From the NCBI RefSeq assembly GCF_009914755.1, contig NC_060939.1: a DNA stretch of 64,000 nucleotides, one strand, 5' to 3'. Source of the DNA: the human T2T-CHM13v2.0 reference genome, Homo sapiens. A model generated the notes under the pieces. It ran no database searches. It saw only the letters and a list, made by a program, of their open reading frames with translations, and was not told the origin of the DNA. Both the position numbers and the translations under genes were made by a program. This document shows positions 39,761-52,380 of the stretch, one piece after another (position 1 is the stretch's first letter; each line of letters starts with the position of its first letter).

Positions 39761-41605
39761 AGCTCTGGATGAGGAACAAGAATTAATTACATGCACATAT
39801 AATGAAGTGGGATTTTATTCATTATGCTTGTGTAGAGCTAGATAAGTTGAATTGGGGGTAATCCAAAGTCAAAGATAGTAAATCTGAGAATGGTGAGTCC
39901 AAATATGACAAAAAGAAATAGATAGAAAAGAATTGCTGGGATGGCACCAGAGTGATAATTGATAGACTTTCATAAGTCCATCGTGCATGGCTTCCAATAA
40001 TCCCTTAAGGGACTTTTCTCTCTGGAGCTCTACCCTGTGCCACAGGAGTTCACAGTTTAAGTTCTAATCCATACTTCAAGGTTAGCTTCCATTTTGGATT
40101 TATCATGCTGTTGCCCTTCTAAAAGGCAAATGTCAAGGTGAGTGTTTTGTCTATAAGCATTTAAAACAAAATGAGCATCAAGGAAGCCACTGTAAAATGG
40201 GGAGGAGTGTTCTGAACTCATTGACCACTTCATCATTCAATCAAGACTTAGCAAATGCACTACGCTGCTAACGATGAGCACTTCCACCCAATATTTACCG
40301 GCTTTCACTGCACATTCATACTGGGAAGCAGCGTTCTAGAGTTATTATCAGCTCTGACCTCGTGAAGGTTATGACCGCCAGTGACTCCTTTCTTGACCCT
40401 GACTACATGATTTGTGTGTTTCCTTACTACTGCATCGTTGATATGCTCAAGGATCTGTTGAGGGTTAAAACGGGAAGCCAGTGATCCTTCTAAACCATGT
40501 TAGCATCTCCCCGTAGTAAGATGTCAACCATCTGGCATGCAGTATTGTGTACATGGATCATTGTGCTGTCGCTAGGCCTCTCTTTGCCCAGTAACAGTCA
40601 AGATGTGGTCATTTATGCTCCCTTGCTACCAGAAGGGACACAGCTTCTCAGGACTGTCAGTCATACCTGTTTAACTCCTGTCTAATGTTCTCAGTGACAG
40701 CTTTAGCATCTTGGAAGATACATACCATTAGTGCTCTCCAGGAGCCAAGGGTCCCAACTCTGGTGAGTTAAGGCAATGGCACAATTATAATCCTGGGTTG
40801 AACTGTCAACATTATTGGAAAGGTCATCCTAGGGCTATTGCAGTGGCATTTCCCCATATCTGAACTCTCTGGCATGGATCTGTTGTGAAAAAAGCTGCCA
40901 AGTATGATGATTTTGAGAAACAAGAGTCTAAGGAACCTTGAAGGGAATCCAGGGCCCCTTATAAAGATGGTCATTTCTTAAGTCATTAGGTACAACCTTT
41001 CTGGCGTGTGTCTAGACTCACTGGCTTCAGTAAGCAGCCTCCACTTGGTTTCAGCCAGTCTTATCTCCTAAGTACAGCACTGATTGGGAGAAGAGGAAGC
41101 AGAAATTCTGCCTTTGTGCAAGAAGGAGCTTGCCCACAATTGTCTCTGGATGCATACTAGTCTTTGTACGAATTGCATTAGTACAAACATTTCAACCAAC
41201 ACATAAAATTTCAGTTGTCTTTGTTTTGAGCCTTCCGAATTCAGAGGAAGTATTTCATGCTGATATATTTAGATGAAAGAGAAAGTTACAGAGCACTTTT
41301 GGTTTGAAGTTACCACTCCAGACACCTTAAATGAAGATGAAATTTGAGAACTAATTTATAGAGATAATGACTTAGAGTAGAAATTGAGAGCAAATACTTC
41401 CTTCCTTGGAAATGGCTCAGAAAGTAGATAGTAAAACAAAGGAGAGCCAAATGGAACTTGGTTGGGATGACATGGGCATTTCCTCTTTTCATCCACACAT
41501 CCATTCTTCAGATAAATATTTATTGATTTTATCATGATATTCCAGACACTTAGAATGCAGGCATAGTGAAGATCCATTTTTGTTTTTAATTTAATAGACT
41601 TGGTC

Positions 41606-42129
41606 CATGGTAGCCAGCCTGCAAGACTAGCTCCCAGTAATCCTCATTTCCTGGTGTGCATACCCCTGTTTGGTCCTCTCCCATAATGAATAAGGCTGAC
41701 CTGTATAACCAATAAGATAATATGGAATTAATGATTTGTAACTCCAAGGCTAGATCGTAAAAGATGTTGCTGTTTCTACCCTGCTCTCTTGGATCGCTTG
41801 CTCTGGAGGGAAGCTGGTCACCATGTTGTGAGGACACCTAAGCAGGCTGTGGAAAGGACCGCATGGAGAGCTGAGCCTTCCTGCCAACAACCAGCCCCAA
41901 CTTTCCAGCCATGAAAAGAAGCCCCCTTGGAAGCAGGTCTTCCAGCCCCAGGCAAGCCTCCGGATGACTGTGGCCCTGGCTGATGTCTTGGTTGCAACTT
42001 CATCAGAGACCACAGCTAGAACCACTTAAATTCCTGACCTATAAAATTTGCGTGACATGATAAATGTTTATTGTATTAAGCCTCCGTGTTTTAAGATAAT
42101 CTATTATGTAGCAATACATAACTAATACA
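41606..42129 (+). mobile_element. MLT1F-like MaLR LTR
   Basis: ccatgttgtgagg...ccagccccag.caagcct..gatgactg...gcaatacataactaataca; 5-bp TSD tggtc/tagtc. Confidence 0.85.
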
Positions 42130-42134
42130 TAGTC

Positions 42135-42400
42135 TTTATGTGTGCCAGGCTTTGTTTTAAGGCCTTTGCAAATAATAACCCATGAATCCTCATAACAACT
42201 CTTCAAAGTAGGTACTGTTGTTACTCTCATTTTATACATGTGGAAACTGAGGCCCAGAGATTATATTTACTTTTTAAAATTTTGTCTTTTTTTTTGTAAA
42301 AATGTTTTACTTTTAATTTTTATGGATATATAGAGATGTTTAAATTACTAGCCCAAAGTCACAGTTGGTAAAATGTTGAGCTGGAATTTGAATTGAGCAA
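42135..42400 (-). mobile_element. MIR SINE
   Basis: aatcctcataacaac...ggaaactgaggcccagaga. Confidence 0.75.
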
Positions 42401-43049
42401 GCAGTCTACCCCTTAGCAGAATCTGCTTTTTTTAAATGAACTAAGCAGCCTGGCCAGAGTCCATGCCCTCAGCAGCTACGTTGTGTTGTCCTTAAGGAGG
42501 AGCATGTTTTAGAAAATCAGTTATAAAATCAGGTGATTGATGAAGTGCAGGGTTAAGTTAAGAGAAGAGTGAACTGCCTTCAGAATCCAGTGCTGTTACC
42601 ACTCAAGTGGAGATCTCAGATAAATCACTTATTGGAGCTTCTGTACAATCATCTGTAAAACCATTACTTCCCACTTGGAGAGATTTTTGAGGATTAAATG
42701 AGATAATGCATGAAAGCCCTCTAGCTTGGGCATCAGTACACCTGAGTTCCCTTCCCTTGCTCTGCACAGCCTGCTCATCACCACTGATGGGGAACTCTGT
42801 CCTCTGTAGGGCCCCTGCAGACATGGGCCTTGCCTGGATGCTGCTGCTGTCGGAGCCTAGGAGAGTTGTGCCTGGCATCGCAGCACAGGTACTCACAGCT
42901 CTCAGAAGGAGACTCCTGTCTGGGACCCTGCCCTCATTCCCACGTAGGAAAAATCCTTTACATGAGCATCTCCTGGCCTTCATTGTTAGGTTGTAGACTA
43001 CAATGAATGATATTCTGTGTTTAATTACATTATGCACAACACTCTACAG

Positions 43050-43233
43050 AGTGGGTGGTTTTGAATCCCAACCACTAATTTACGAAGTGGAGCGGCTCTG
43101 CTGGCTCTGTGAAGTATGTGTTGTGGAGCCAGAGGTGATGCTGTTGGATGTGGGTGGTGATTTACGGGAGAGCAGCATAAGCAGAGGAAGGCACAGAGAC
43201 CTGGGTTCAAATCCCACTGCCAGTGCTATCTGA
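43050..43233 (+). other. Candidate alternative terminal exon (phase 2, 60 further codons, MIR-derived end)
   Basis: ctctacag|AGTGGGT acceptor (weak pyrimidine tract); frame open to TGA at 43231-43233. Confidence 0.25.
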
Positions 43234-44944
43234 CGTGAGACTTCGGACAAGTTATTTAACCTTAAGGCTTAGTGTCCTTGCATGTAAAATACAAATAATG
43301 CTGACCTCATTGATTCCTTGTGAGGAGCCCATGGGATAATGTGGGGTACCATGCATCAGTATCATTTCCCTTTCCCTTGATAATGATTATATTGGACAGC
43401 TAGTGTCATAGGAAGCTAATGGTTAGGAATTCAGACTCACACAAGAATAGATTTTGTTTTGCAGTGGAAACTTAGTGATAACTTTGGACTAAGACAATGT
43501 GAAGACATTTTGGCAGACAATCATAGAGTAGTTATATTCTTGTGAGGTCTGCAGAAGTCCCTAGTGGGGAGAGCAGACAGAGCCTTGGATGCTCAGACCT
43601 AGTTTGGCTGTGAAACTGAAGCTTTAGTCCTTTTAAGTCTGTGTTTCTGACCCTGGAGGAAAAAAGTTATACATACCTTGAAAGATTTTCTTGAAAAAAA
43701 AAAAAAAAAAAACTTGTACATGTCTGTATACACAAGATGGAAAAAAAAAAGTTCATAAAGTATAATATGAATTCATGATTAAAAACAAGAAAATATTACA
43801 AAGCAATACTCATAGAAATTTAGACATAGAAGGTAACTTCCTTATTCTGATAAAGAATGTCTACAAAAATATTCAAGAACCAAACACATGGTTAATATCA
43901 TACTTAATTGTGAACCTTTATAATAGGAATGATTTAAGGATGCTCTCTTTTACCTTTTTCATTTACTATTACACTGGATGTTCTAGCTATACTTAGGCAG
44001 GAAACAAAATAAGATTAGAAAAGAACAAACAAAATTGCCCATATTTGCAGATAAGATTATCAATGTTAAAAAAGAGATAATTTTAAAACTATCAGTATTC
44101 AGATTTAACAGCTACAACATCAGTGTACAAAAATCTTAGCATTTCTATAGATAAGCAAAAATAAGTGGCAAATGAAAATTGTTTAAGAAAGTAAATATTT
44201 ATGCTAGTAATCAAAACCATAAGGTATCTAAGGAAAAAATATGACAAAGATAAGATCTTTATCAAGAATATTATACAGCTCTATTGAAAAGCATAAAATA
44301 AGATATTTAAACAAAGGGTAAAATATACCATATTCATGGATGGGATGATTCAGTATCATAAACATTTTTTTTTGCCCAAATATACCTGTAATTTCACTTC
44401 CATTGCAATAAAAACAAAATAGGGATTTTCATGGGGGTTGGGGACTATATAAGATAACTCTAAAAGTTCATGTGGCAAAGTAGATGACCAAGAATAATTA
44501 ACATAATTTCGTGTAAGGGGATCATACAGGAGGGAACTTATCCTGATAGTTATCAGGATTAAAAATTATAGTAATTAATACATGTGGTATTGGCACAGGG
44601 ATATAGAAATAGATGTTATTTGAACTGCCTAATGTGCTCAAAAACCAACCCATACATATACAGACAGCTAAATGAGAGCAACAACACTACAATTAATGAG
44701 GAAAAATGATTCATTTAATGAATGGTGCTTAAACTGTTAGCAAATGAAAGGGACAAAAAGAATCAGATCCCTACTGCATACCACAGTATAAATATATCTA
44801 GATGGTTAACATCCTGAGTATGAAAAGCCAAAAATTTAAAATGTATAGTGAAAAAACACAAAAACCCTAAGGGAAACTCTTAATGTAATCTAACTGGATT
44901 GCATTAAAATTATAAAAGGACACCATAAACTAAGTTAAAAGACA

Positions 44945-47274
44945 AGAGAGGAAGTCCTAGCCAGAGCAATTAGGCAGGAGAAAGAAATAAAAGTCTTCCA
45001 AATGGAAAAGAAGTCCAGCTGTCTCTCTTCACTCGTGATGTGACTCTACACCTAGAAAACCCTAAAGATTCCACCCGAAGGTCCCTGGAAATGATAAATG
45101 ACTTCTGTAAAGTTTCAGGATGCAAAATCAATGTACAAAAATCAGTAGCATTTCTATACACAAATAACATTCAAGCCAAAAGCCAAATCAAGAATGCAAT
45201 AACATTTACAATAGCTACATCCACACCCACACAAAATACCCAGGAATGCCTCTAACCGTGGAGGTGAAAGATCTCTAGAAGGAAAACTACAAAACACTGC
45301 TGAATGATGTCATAGATGACACAAACAAATGGAAAAACATCCCATGCTCATGAATTGGAAGAATCAATATTGTTAAAATGGTCATACTGCCAAAAGCAAT
45401 CTGCAGATCCAGCACTATTCCTGTCAAACTACCAACGTCATTTTTCACAGAAGTAGAAAAACCTATTCTAAAATTTATATGGAACCAATAAAGAGCCTGA
45501 ATAGCCAAAGCAATCCTAAGCAAAAAGACCAAAGCTACAGAGGCATCACATTACCTGAATTTAAACTATGCTATAAAGACATAATAACCAAAATGACATG
45601 GTACTTATACAAAAACAGACTACATAGACCAGTGGAGCAGAATAGAGAACCAATAAATAAAGCTCCACACCTACAGCTCTCTGATCTTCAACAAAGTTGA
45701 CAAAAATAAGCAATGGGTAAAGGACTCCTTATTCAATAAATGGTGCTGAGATAGCTGATGAGCCATATGCGGAAGACTGAAACTGGACCCCTATCTTTCA
45801 ACATATACAAAAATTAACTCAAGATGGATTAAATATTTAAATGTAGGAGCTCAAACTATAAGAATCCTAGGGAAAGAAACCTAGGAAACACCACTCAGAA
45901 TATCAGCCTTGGGAAATAATTTATGGCAAAGTCATCAAAAGCAATTGAAACAAAAACAAATTAACTAAAGAGCTTCTACATAACAAAAGAAACTATCAAT
46001 AGAGTAAACAGCCAACCTACAGAATGGGAGAAAATATTTTCAAACTATGCATTCGACAAAGGTCTGTTATCCAAAATTAATAAGAAACTTAATTCATTAA
46101 GCAAAAAACAACCTCATTAAAAAGTGGGCAAGGTCAGGTGTGGTGGCTCATGCCTGTAATCCCAGCACTTTGGGAGGCCAAGGCAGGCAGATCACCTGAG
46201 GTCAGGGGTTCGAGACCAACGTAGCCCACATGGTGAAATCCCATCTGTACTAAAAATACAAAAGTTTGCTGGATGTGGTGGCGCACCCCTGTAATCCCAG
46301 CTACTCAGGAGGCTGAGGCACGAGAATCACTTGACCCTGGGAGGCTGAGGTTGCAGCGTGCCGAGATCGAGCCATTGCATTCTAGCCTGGGTGACAGAGT
46401 GAGACTCTGCCTCAAAAATAAAAAAAAAAGTGGGCAAAAGACATGAACAGACACTTCTCAAAAGAATATGTACAAGCAACCAACAAATATATGAAAAAAT
46501 GCTCAGCATCACTAATTATCAGAAAAATGCAAATCAGAACCACAACGAGATACCATCTCATACCAGTCAGAATGGCTGTTACCAAAAGTCAAAAAACAGC
46601 AGACGCTGGCAAGGCTATGGAGAAAAGGGAATGCTTATACACTGTTGCTGGGAATGTAAATTAGTTCAGCCACTGTGGAAAGCAGTTTGAAGATTTCTCA
46701 AAGAACTTAAGACAGAACTACCATTCAACTCACCAATCCCATTACTGGGTACATATCCAAAAGAAAAGAAATTGCTCTACTAAAAAGACACATGTACGTG
46801 TATATTCATTGTAGCACGATTCACAATAGCAAAGACATGGACTCAGCCTAGGTGCCCATCAGCAGTGGATTAGGTAAAGAAAATGTGCATATACATCATA
46901 GAATACCGAGCAGCCGTTAGAAGGAATGAAGTCATGTCCTTTGTAGGAACATGGATGCAGCGGGAGGCCATTATCCTAAGCAAATTATGCAGGAACAGAA
47001 AATCAAATACCACATGTTCTTTTCTTGTAAGTACAAGCTAAACATTGGGTACTCGTGGACATAAAGTCGGCAATAATAGACACTGGGGACTACAGTGGGG
47101 GTAGGGTGTGGGGAAAAGGGTGAAAGGCTCTTGGGTACTATGCTCTCCACCTGGGTGATGGGATCGTTCATAACCCAAACCTCAGCATCACACAATAGAC
47201 CTGTGTAACAAACATGCACATGTATATCCTGAATCTAAAATAAAAATTGAAATTATTTTAAAAATTAAAAAATA
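44945..47274 (+). mobile_element. 5'-truncated L1PA15-17-like LINE
   Basis: ORF2 remnants (LENPKDST..LLEMINDF.KVSG.KINVQKS; MNRHFSKE...), 3' UTR, TSD aaaagaca. Confidence 0.9.
46132..46424 (+). mobile_element. AluS nested in L1
   Basis: TSD aaaaagtgggcaa. Confidence 0.95.
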
Positions 47275-47604
47275 AAAAGACACATATGGACAGAAGATTT
47301 GTGCTACACATAACCAATCAACGATTAATATTCAGAATATTTAAGAATTCCTAAAAATTAGAAAAAAGGCTATGCCATAGAAAAATGGGTATAAAATAGG
47401 AAGAGGGAGAAATCAGAGGTGAGGAAACTGAATGGGTAATGAGCATAAAAAACATGCGCAACCTCACTAGTAGTCAAGAAAGTGCAATTAAAACAATACA
47501 AAGAGATACTGTCCTACACCTTTCAGATTGGGAAGAATTAAAATCTGAGAACACCAAGGGGTGGCAAAAATACAGGGAAGTGAGGATTTTCACACAGTGC
47601 TGCT

Positions 47605-47763
47605 AGCCAGGGGCAGTGGTGCATGCCTGTAGTCCCAGGTACTCGGGAGGCCGAGGCAGGAGGATTGCTTGAGCCCAGAGTTGAAGGCTGCAGTGAGCTA
47701 TGATTACTCCACTGCACTCTAGCTGGGCAACAGAGCGAGAGACCCTGTCTCTGAGAAAAAAAA
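47605..47763 (+). mobile_element. FRAM (free right Alu monomer)
   Basis: Right-arm monomer only; ggattgcttgagccc. Confidence 0.8.
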
Positions 47764-49165
47764 TTGTAAGATCACTTTGGAAAATAAGTGGCATTTTCTA
47801 TTACAAGTCAGCAAATCTACAAATACAAATATACTCTCGAAAACCATAGATACAGGAGGAAACCTAAGAATGTTCACTGGGGCATTGTTTGTCAGAGTTA
47901 AAAACTGAGACCAGTCTAAATGTCCATCAGGAAGAGAGTAGATTTAAAAAGTATTTGATATGTATAAGATAGAATACTATATGGCAATTAAATGAATGGA
48001 TTAGATACATTTGAATAACTTAATGTTGAGTCAGATAAAAGTCTCAGCTAAGTAATGTTCCTTTTGTGTAACATTTTTTAAAACCACAAAATGGCACCTT
48101 AAATTATCTTTGGACATATATATGATTTTATATATGATTTTATAATTGTGGGCATGTGTGTATAGATATACAAAACATGTATATTTACATATAAACATTC
48201 ATGTATACATACAAGCACACCCACAGTTATGAAATCATGCCTGTGAAAGACATCTAGAAGTTCCAGAGAACAATATCCTCTGGGAAGGGAAGTGGGGGCA
48301 AGTTAAATTGAGCTGGAGCGAAAAGGAGGCTTTAACTCTGTAATGTTTTTTTCCTTTTTTTTTAAAAAAAAAAAAAGAATCTGGGGAGTGACTGCTTAAT
48401 GAGTATGTGTTTTCTTTGTGGTCATGCAAATGTTTTGGAACAATATATCTATAGGTGGTGGTTGCATAAGGTGAATGTATTAAATGCTGTTGAATGCAGA
48501 AAAAAAAGGAATCAAAATAATAAGAGACCTAAAGGCAATGTCACAGAATTTGTTAAAGTTGAGAGTTGATTATGCTAATTAAAGTTGAGGGTCAGTTATA
48601 CTAATTTAATTATTTTCTGTATTATTGTGTTTAAAAGGCTTCGTTGAAGCAACAGCCATCAGCACTTTTGAGATGTACCCAGAGAAACTGTTAGAAATCT
48701 GTCTCTTAGCAGAGAACGTTCTCTTTAGGTCTGTCCCTGTGTACCGGAAGGTGTTTGTGCATGAGTGCTGGTACCTTGCCTGTGTGCACACACGCTTGTA
48801 CGCTTGTATTCATCTCATGCTCAGCTGCTGTTGCCTTGGCAACTTGGGATGCTCTGTCTCCTGCTGAGTCTGGGGTAGTTGGAGGGCTTTGTACATTGGC
48901 TGTTCATTTCCCTTCGAGGACTGTCATCGAGAGCAAGGCTGATCAGTCTGTCTATCTTTGTCTCTGCCTCCTAAATATGCAATTTACCTTGTCATGAGCA
49001 TCTTCTAGCTACTCTCCCCAGCTTGCATACCTCATTTTCAGCCATTCATTTCTAAGACATAACTGTGAATGCCTAATCAAAAAAGAAAAAAAGAAAAATT
49101 TACAACCTTAAACCATTTTCTCTAAATAAGCAGTTAAGAACCAGGAAATGCTTTAAGGACCAGGT

Positions 49166-49186
49166 GGGTGGGCGGGGGGGAGGGGG
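49166..49186 (+). other. G-quadruplex motif
   Basis: GGG-T-GGG-C-G7-A-G5. Confidence 0.75.
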
Positions 49187-49782
49187 CGAACAAAAGAAAA
49201 CATGCTGTATTTGCATTGTTTCTACAGATCCTCTTTTCCAACCACTGGGAATGCCTCAATGGGCAAGGCATCCAGCTTAGGACCTGGCACCAGCACATAT
49301 TATGGGATGCTGCTTCCTTGGTGCTTGTGGAATAAATTCCTACTTTTTGGTCACTGTGGTCCATTAGGAACCTTCTGGCTTGAACCTCCTTGTTCAGACT
49401 GGTCTACAGGGTTGAGCTTGACAGTGCCTCCTGCCCCAGCCTCCTGTGCCCGCTGGCCTGCTGTGCCAGTCTTTCTAGCTGTCACTTGGAGTGCTTGAGC
49501 CAGAAACTGATATGATAAGGACACTTAAATGCTGGTTCAGCTCTGGGTCTCACATGCCCCCCCACCCAGGGAGATTGTTTAGTGGATTGAGGCTGCATGA
49601 AAAGATATAAAACAAACATGTGCTGTTTATCAACACAGTAGGGTTTCCATTCTTAGAATGTTAAAGTGGTCATGTATTAAAGATCTCTATCCCAACCAAC
49701 CAGCTAGCCAATATTTACTGAGTTCTTGCACTTTGCCGGGCATTTTAGAAACGTGACGACTGAAATCCATGGAAGTTGTGTG

Positions 49783-49787
<5 letters not shown>

Positions 49788-49813
<26 letters not shown>

Positions 49814-49868
49814 GAGACGGAGTCTCGCTCTGTCACCCAGGCTGGAGTGCAGTGGCGTGATCTCTGCT
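49788..49868 (-). mobile_element. Severely 5'-truncated young Alu
   Basis: T26 plus ~55 bp of Alu 3' end; perfect TSD tgtgtgagttcttttt. Confidence 0.95.
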
Positions 49869-52159
49869 GTGTGAGTTCTTTTTATTAGCTCAGTTGGCAC
49901 CTTTGCCTAGAGAGATACCTGCTCAATGCAGGTCCCTCCATCCTGCTTAAAAGGATCATTAGAGCCTCCTCTTTTCATATTGCTCTTCTAAGATCACTAC
50001 ATACGGAAGACCACGACATAGGGACTCTTGGGTAAGTGCTGAATCCATATTGAGCCCTTAGCTGCTGGAACTGAGGGTCTTAGCCCAGTGAGGATGTGAG
50101 ATTTTTAACCTATGGAGTGGATGTGTGGTTTTCCCATTTAGCCTCAGTCCAGATGTACATTCGCAAGGAAAGAAGGCACCTACCTGCTATTACCGCAGGT
50201 GTTAATTGTCCCTGATAAGCAGCCAGGGCCCTGTTCCAAGGCAGGCAACGTCTAGACACAGTCCTTGGCCTGAGAGAGCAAGAAGAAGAAACCGTCCAGT
50301 GGAAACTCACTCTGGAAAGGCCCTTGAACAATGTACTCCTCATTCAGGACCTGTCTGGACAAAGTGATGTGTTTTTATCAGTCTGGCAACATTTCTTACA
50401 AGTCCATAAGGCCCAGGTGATGAAAACAGCATGGTGTGAATGTATTTAGTGCTTTTTCTCTTCTGTTTTAAGAAAAAAAATTATTAACATGGAATGCAAG
50501 TGTGTTCCTACTTGTCATTCTGAGAATTTTTCTTCTTCTTGACTCCAGCCTTTCCAAATAATTAATTTTATTTGCCTGATGCACACATAGTGGATTAAGA
50601 GTTTTATGGTAAAGATATTCTCCGAAATTAGTGGTAGCAATTATCTCTCAGGAAGGGCCTGCGATGGGCAGGAGACTCACTTTTTATTGAATATTCTATA
50701 ATATTTGAATTAAATTTTCCCAAATGCATCTCTTTTTCAATTAAATAAACTTAATTAAAACATCTTTTCTAGTAGAACACAAGGGATACCTATGCTGATA
50801 ATATTACATGCACTGTGCTGACTCAGTATAGGATCATTTAGATTACCATACCCCAGTTCTACTTAATAGCTGTATGATGCCGCCAATTAGTTCAACATCC
50901 CAAGCCTCAATTCTCAAATCTGAACAGTAGAGATGAGGTTGATTGCTTATCTCACGGAGTATTATAAAGGTGAAGTGAGGCAAGGATATCACTCTTCCCT
51001 GCATTAAAATTACATTGCCCGCCTCCCCTGTGAACCCTGTGTACCTCCATAGCAGGAAATTCATCTTATGTATCTTTACGTGCCCAAGTCCCCCAGCTCT
51101 GCTCTGAAACATTCTGATAGGAAGGGCCATTCTGTCATATTATTTATTGCTATATCTCTCTAGTGCCTGGAACCGTGCTGAGCATAGTATACGTGCTGTG
51201 TAAATGTTTGTCGAGTGCACTTATGCGTGGTAGGAGGTAGTTAATTGATGGTTGAACACTGACTTGCTGAAATGACTTACACATGTCCTGTCTCACCCCT
51301 AGTGGTTAGTGCTAACAAATGTCTCGGCTTCAGAGAAGATACACTATGGAGTATACATTCCTTTTGCTTATTAGTACTTTATTAGTTTTTCATCAGCTAG
51401 CCTGTCATGCATTGGCCTCAGCATCTATCAACAGATCTTGTCATTCTGCCTCCCCCTTCCCATCAGAGGATGTCTCATCAGTGGACATCTTGTTAGTGAA
51501 TACCTCGTTATTCCTTCATCAGACCTTCTGTCATTTTCTCAGCTGCGTTGATGAGAAATCCCAGACTTCATGGGAAAGGTCAGGAGTTGGCAAATGAGAG
51601 CTAGACAAGATTCAGTAGTGACATGCAGTGGTTGTCCTGTGGGATGAAGGGCTTTCGTGAGTGATACAGTAGGTATACACAACAGTTAGTTCCCCATGGA
51701 ATTCATGGATACGGGGCCAGGATTACATGCACCACCAGCCAGAAGATGACACCAGGTCAGCCTGGCCAGGCTGTGGGTCGGATCACAGCCCTTGGCAGTA
51801 GGTTTGAATGAGGTGGCACTGGAGTAGGCATTGCCTGGCAGTGCTCCCCATCAGCACTGCGCAGCTGGGGACCTGCTGCAGAAGGGCCATGCTCACACTG
51901 CTCAGCAGCTGTAGCTGTCAGCCTCTATCATGGATTCTGATAATCGTCCAGATTAACTGAAATGTGCAAAATAGGTTGGTGCCTTATGGTATGTGGTACG
52001 TGGACCGTCTCAGGCACTGGTTATAGGGGCAGATTCCTGGATCCCACCCAGACCTTCTGGGAGAGGCTCTCTGGGGTAGGGCTTCGTAAGTATCAGCTTT
52101 AACATGCTCCAGTCTGTGCTAAATCACAGGAAAGGTGGAGAGCCATGCTGGACTAGCTG

Positions 52160-52380
52160 GGAGTCTGGTTTTTGGAGCTGACAGACCTGGACAGGTTCTA
52201 GGCTGTGCCACCTGCTAGCTGTGTGATTGTGGCATGCAGCCCTGCTCAGCCTCTGCATCCTCCTATACGGTGAAGACCATGACGATGGTGTCCATCTCAT
52301 GGAACTGTTAGGATTAAGTGAGATAATGTATGCAGGGCATCATAGCACAGCATATGGCCTAACACAGGCAGCTAAGAGTA
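52160..52380 (+). mobile_element. MIR SINE
   Basis: ctgtgccacctgctagctgtgtga...aggattaagtgagataatgtatg. Confidence 0.65.

Larger units (their letters stand above)
43720..48500 (+). mobile_element. Old L1M fragment, interrupted by L1PA and FRAM
   Basis: Degraded ORF2-like A-rich sequence on both sides of the L1PA insertion. Confidence 0.7.

Noticed and set aside
44945-47274. Potentially active LINE-1
   Set aside because: 5'-truncated, many stops and frameshifts, interrupted by an Alu
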